From Bacteroidota bacterium (GTDB lineage: Bacteria > Bacteroidota > Ignavibacteria > Kryptoniales > JAKASW01), in the NCBI GenBank assembly GCA_023480735.1, contig JAMCXB010000043.1:12750-76749 (forward strand): a stretch of DNA of 64,000 bases, given 5' to 3'. A model generated the notes under the pieces. It did no database searches, was not told where the DNA came from, and worked only from the letters and a program-made list of their open reading frames with translations. This document shows positions 61,172 through 64,000 of the stretch, piece by piece. The translations under genes and the position numbers were made by a program. Positions within the stretch are counted from its first letter, which is position 1; every line of letters starts with the position of its first letter.

Positions 61172-61951
61172 ATGAGTAACAGAGTCAGCTTTGAGATAAG
61201 GGGGAAGGTGGCTTATCTAAAATTGAACCGTCCCGAGAAGAGAAATGCAATCGATGACGTTGCGATTGAGGAGATGGGTCGGCATTTCGATCGGGCAAAC
61301 TCTGACGAAAATGTGAGAGCCATCGTCTTCGAAGGCGAAGGAAGTGTCTTCTCTGCAGGAGCCGACCTGGACTATCTAATGAAGCTATCGAAGAATTCGT
61401 CGTCCGCCAATTTTGAAGATTCATGTGCGTTGAAGGATTTTCTCCTCGAAGTTTACAGGAGCCGGAAGCTTGTCTGTGCAATAGTGAGAGGTCCTGCTTT
61501 GGCCGGCGCTTTCGGACTCGTCCTCGCGTGCGATATTGTCTTCGCCTCCGAGAAGGCGAAGTTCGGCTTCACCGAGGTCAAAATTGGGTTTGTTCCGGCT
61601 GTGGTTGTCAATCTAGCGCTAAGGAAGATGCGGGAAGTTGATGTGAGGAGACTGGTGTTAACGGGCAAAATCATGGGAGGGGAAGAGGCTTTGCGTCTCG
61701 GGCTCATTTCAGAGGTGATTGAAGATTCTGATATCCAACAGCGTGTCGGGGAGTTCTTGCGCGAGTTTGTCACAGGCACAAGCAAGAGAGCCGTTTCGTT
61801 GACAAAGGAGATTCTGTCAGAAGTAAGAGACATGACGTTGGAAGAAGCCATGAAATACGGTGCCATGATGAATGTTGTAGCGCGTTCAACGGACGATTTT
61901 CAAAAAGGAGTGAATTCATTCTTGAACAAAAGTCAAGTGGAGTGGGAATAA
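61172..61951 (+). CDS. enoyl-CoA hydratase/isomerase (crotonase) family protein
   Basis: SD AAGGAG. ...LKLNRPEKRNAI...FSAGADL...GPALAGAFGLVLACDIVFAS... Confidence 0.9.
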   Translation: MSNRVSFEIRGKVAYLKLNRPEKRNAIDDVAIEEMGRHFDRANSDENVRAIVFEGEGSVFSAGADLDYLMKLSKNSSSANFEDSCALKDFLLEVYRSRKLVCAIVRGPALAGAFGLVLACDIVFASEKAKFGFTEVKIGFVPAVVVNLALRKMREVDVRRLVLTGKIMGGEEALRLGLISEVIEDSDIQQRVGEFLREFVTGTSKRAVSLTKEILSEVRDMTLEEAMKYGAMMNVVARSTDDFQKGVNSFLNKSQVEWE

Positions 61952-62472
61952 TGGAGATTGGTAGTAGGATTAGAGCAGTACCGGACTTTCCGAAAAAGGG
62001 AATATTGTTTAGAGACATCACGACTCTTCTGAAGGACAAGGAAGCCTTTGCATACGTAGTCGAGCAGTTCTACCAGCATTACAAAGATAAGAAGATCGAC
62101 AAGGTCGTCTCCGTTGAATCACGGGGGTTCATATTTGGAAGTGTCCTCGCCTACAGGCTGGGTGCAGGCTTCGTACCGATACGGAAGCCGGGCAAACTGC
62201 CCGCGGAGGTGATTCGACAGGAATATCAGCTTGAGTATGGCACAGACTCCATGGAGATCCACACTGATGCCATTAAGCCGGGAGAAAGGGTGCTGGTCCA
62301 TGATGATCTGCTCGCGACGGGCGGAACCGTGGCGGCTGCCTGTAAGCTGATCGAGCGGCTGCAAGGAAAGGTGGAAGGAGTCTGCTTTTTAATTGAACTG
62401 ACGCCGTTGAACGGGAGGAAGGCCATTCCGGATATGGATGTTTTCTCGCTGATAGAATACGACACCGACTGA
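61951..62472 (+). CDS. apt: adenine phosphoribosyltransferase
   Basis: TAATG junction with the preceding gene. IRAVPDFPKKGILFRDIT and PRPP motif VLVHDDLLATGGT. Confidence 0.93.
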   Translation: MEIGSRIRAVPDFPKKGILFRDITTLLKDKEAFAYVVEQFYQHYKDKKIDKVVSVESRGFIFGSVLAYRLGAGFVPIRKPGKLPAEVIRQEYQLEYGTDSMEIHTDAIKPGERVLVHDDLLATGGTVAAACKLIERLQGKVEGVCFLIELTPLNGRKAIPDMDVFSLIEYDTD

Positions 62473-62658
62473 AGAGCGGCTAAACCACGTCGAGGTTGAA
62501 GTAAAGTATAGCATTGATGGCTTGCCCACCCGCTTCATCGGAAACAAAATTCGGAAAATAATCGCAAAGGTTTTAATTTCAACTGAGGATCCGTGCTTGA
62601 GCGGTTCCTGAATTTGCCAACGCATCTCAGCAAGTTCAAAATTAGAAGAGAGAGGAAA

Positions 62659-63555
62659 ATGGAAAAAGTAATCACAACGACCGACTTTGCAAACCTGAAT
62701 TTATTTCAGCGCGGTAAAGTCCGTGATATATACGACCTCGGCGATAAACTGTTGTTCGTCGTCACCGACCGAATCAGCGCATTCGATGTTATCCTTCCGA
62801 ACGGGATACCGTTTAAGGGAAAGGTACTGAACCAAATATCGAATTTCTGGTTCGACTTCACGAAGAATATTGTCAAGAACCATGTCATCGCCACTGATGT
62901 TAAGGACTATCCCGCCGAATGCAAGCCTTACCTGAACGACCTCGCCGGTCGAAGTGTAATCGGCAAGAAGACGAAACCTCTTCCGGTTGAGTGCATCGTC
63001 CGCGGATACATCAGCGGCACGGGTTGGAAGGATTACCAGAAGAGCGGCGCCATTTGTGGGATCCCACTTCCAAAAGGATTAAAAGAGTCGGACAGACTTC
63101 CCGAGCCGATATTCACCCCATCCACCAAAGCGGAGATCGGCGTGCACGATGAGAATATCGGCTTCGATGAGGTTGTAAAGCTCGTCGGCAAAGATACTGC
63201 CAAAAAGGTACGCGACAACACAATCGCTGTCTACAAAGCAGCTGCTTCTTACGCCGAAAAGAAGGGAATCATCATCGCAGATACCAAGCTTGAATTCGGT
63301 CTCGACGAGAAGGGGGAAGTGACGCTGATCGACGAGGTCTTGACTCCAGATTCTTCCCGCTTCTGGGACAAATCAAAATATGAGCCCGGGAAATCGCAGC
63401 CGAGTTTTGACAAGCAATTTGTCCGAGATTATCTCCTCTCAATAAACTGGGAGAAAAAGCCGCCTGCACCGAAGCTGCCCGATGAGATCATCAAAGGAAC
63501 GAGCGAGAAGTACCTGCAAGCCCTCAAAGTTCTCGCCGGTATTCAACTTTCATAG
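62659..63555 (+). CDS. purC: phosphoribosylaminoimidazole-succinocarboxamide (SAICAR) synthase
   Basis: ATG behind [24 protein letters not shown]...[13 protein letters not shown]...IADTKLEFG. Confidence 0.95.
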   Translation: MEKVITTTDFANLNLFQRGKVRDIYDLGDKLLFVVTDRISAFDVILPNGIPFKGKVLNQISNFWFDFTKNIVKNHVIATDVKDYPAECKPYLNDLAGRSVIGKKTKPLPVECIVRGYISGTGWKDYQKSGAICGIPLPKGLKESDRLPEPIFTPSTKAEIGVHDENIGFDEVVKLVGKDTAKKVRDNTIAVYKAAASYAEKKGIIIADTKLEFGLDEKGEVTLIDEVLTPDSSRFWDKSKYEPGKSQPSFDKQFVRDYLLSINWEKKPPAPKLPDEIIKGTSEKYLQALKVLAGIQLS

Positions 63556-63716
63556 TTCTCGGTGTCTCGCGGGTCCTTCACCCGCAATGAGTCGGCGGCG
63601 TATGGATCGGGCGAGTAGTCCGTGTGCAAGGTTTGGACCAGCAAGAAGAATAGGACGGGCCAGGGACACGAAGTAATTGTTCGGGTTGATACAAATCCTA
63701 AAGGCGGACGCCTGTT

Positions 63717-64000
63717 CTAGCCATCCAGTAGCGTCTTCACGGCTCCCAGAACTGAAGCCGGGTCTATTTCAAGCATGCACTTAAAATGCCCCTTTGGGCA
63801 TGATTCTCTCCCAATGTGTGAACAGGGTCGGCATTTCAATGCCGCAATTTCCAGTACTTCATTCTTAACGCCGTATGGGAAGAAGCCAAATTCGCGGACG
63901 CTTGATCCGAAGATGGCTACAATCCTTTTTCCGAGAGCATTCGCTGCATGCATAAGAAAGGAGTCGTTAGTGACGACTACTGAGGCATGCTTCAATAGCG
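63717..64000 (-). CDS. glycosyltransferase family 9 (heptosyltransferase-like), C-terminal part; 5' end lies beyond the window
   Basis: ...VVTNDSFLMHAANALGKRIVAIFGSS...CRPCSHIG...CPKGHFKCM motif typical of GT9 C-termini. The frame is open to the right edge. Confidence 0.7.
   Translation of the reverse strand, partial: LLKHASVVVTNDSFLMHAANALGKRIVAIFGSSVREFGFFPYGVKNEVLEIAALKCRPCSHIGRESCPKGHFKCMLEIDPASVLGAVKTLLDG

Overview
Mostly housekeeping 64-kb chromosomal segment of a diderm bacterium (waaA, two GT9 heptosyltransferases, lipoproteins, HtrA). Gene content and local synteny look FCB-group-like (Ignavibacteria/Chlorobi/Bacteroidota relatives): split atpD-atpC operon, TPR/DUF4292-like/M23 trio, DUF3108, lepA-lepB-lepB-hemW. 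That placement is inference only. About 65 protein-coding genes are supported, including rplM-rpsI, rpsB-tsf-pyrH-frr, upp, plsY-gpsA, larC, priA, cdsA, xseA-xseB-dxs, ribD-ribE, bcp, htrA, atpDC, waaA, mgtA (with an M-box-like leader), hemW, lepA, apt and purC. I saw no rRNA, tRNA, CRISPR array, intact mobile element or recognisable defence/toxin system. The least ordinary part is the left edge (1-3950). It holds a tightly coupled module: a c-type cytochrome tail, a porin-like beta-barrel candidate, a secreted 14-haem cytochrome, and a multihaem lipoprotein cytochrome carrying a CxxxxCH site. This is a candidate porin-cytochrome extracellular electron conduit. It is cut by the window edge, and its lipoprotein component is split by a 1-nt frame break. 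Other points worth a second look: (1) a 22-nt frame-breaking insertion in pyrH whose start is an exact copy of a tsf segment 1.33 kb upstream; (2) a 2.7-kb gene-decay patch at 17.7-20.4 kb (shredded APC permease, RAYT/IS200-like fragment, YciI-like gene with a nonsense TGA, VOC fragment) containing a Fur-box-like perfect palindrome; (3) an uncharacterised 248-aa protein coupled to ribE; (4) tandem lepB paralogues. All family calls rest on motifs read by eye; no searches or computations were run.
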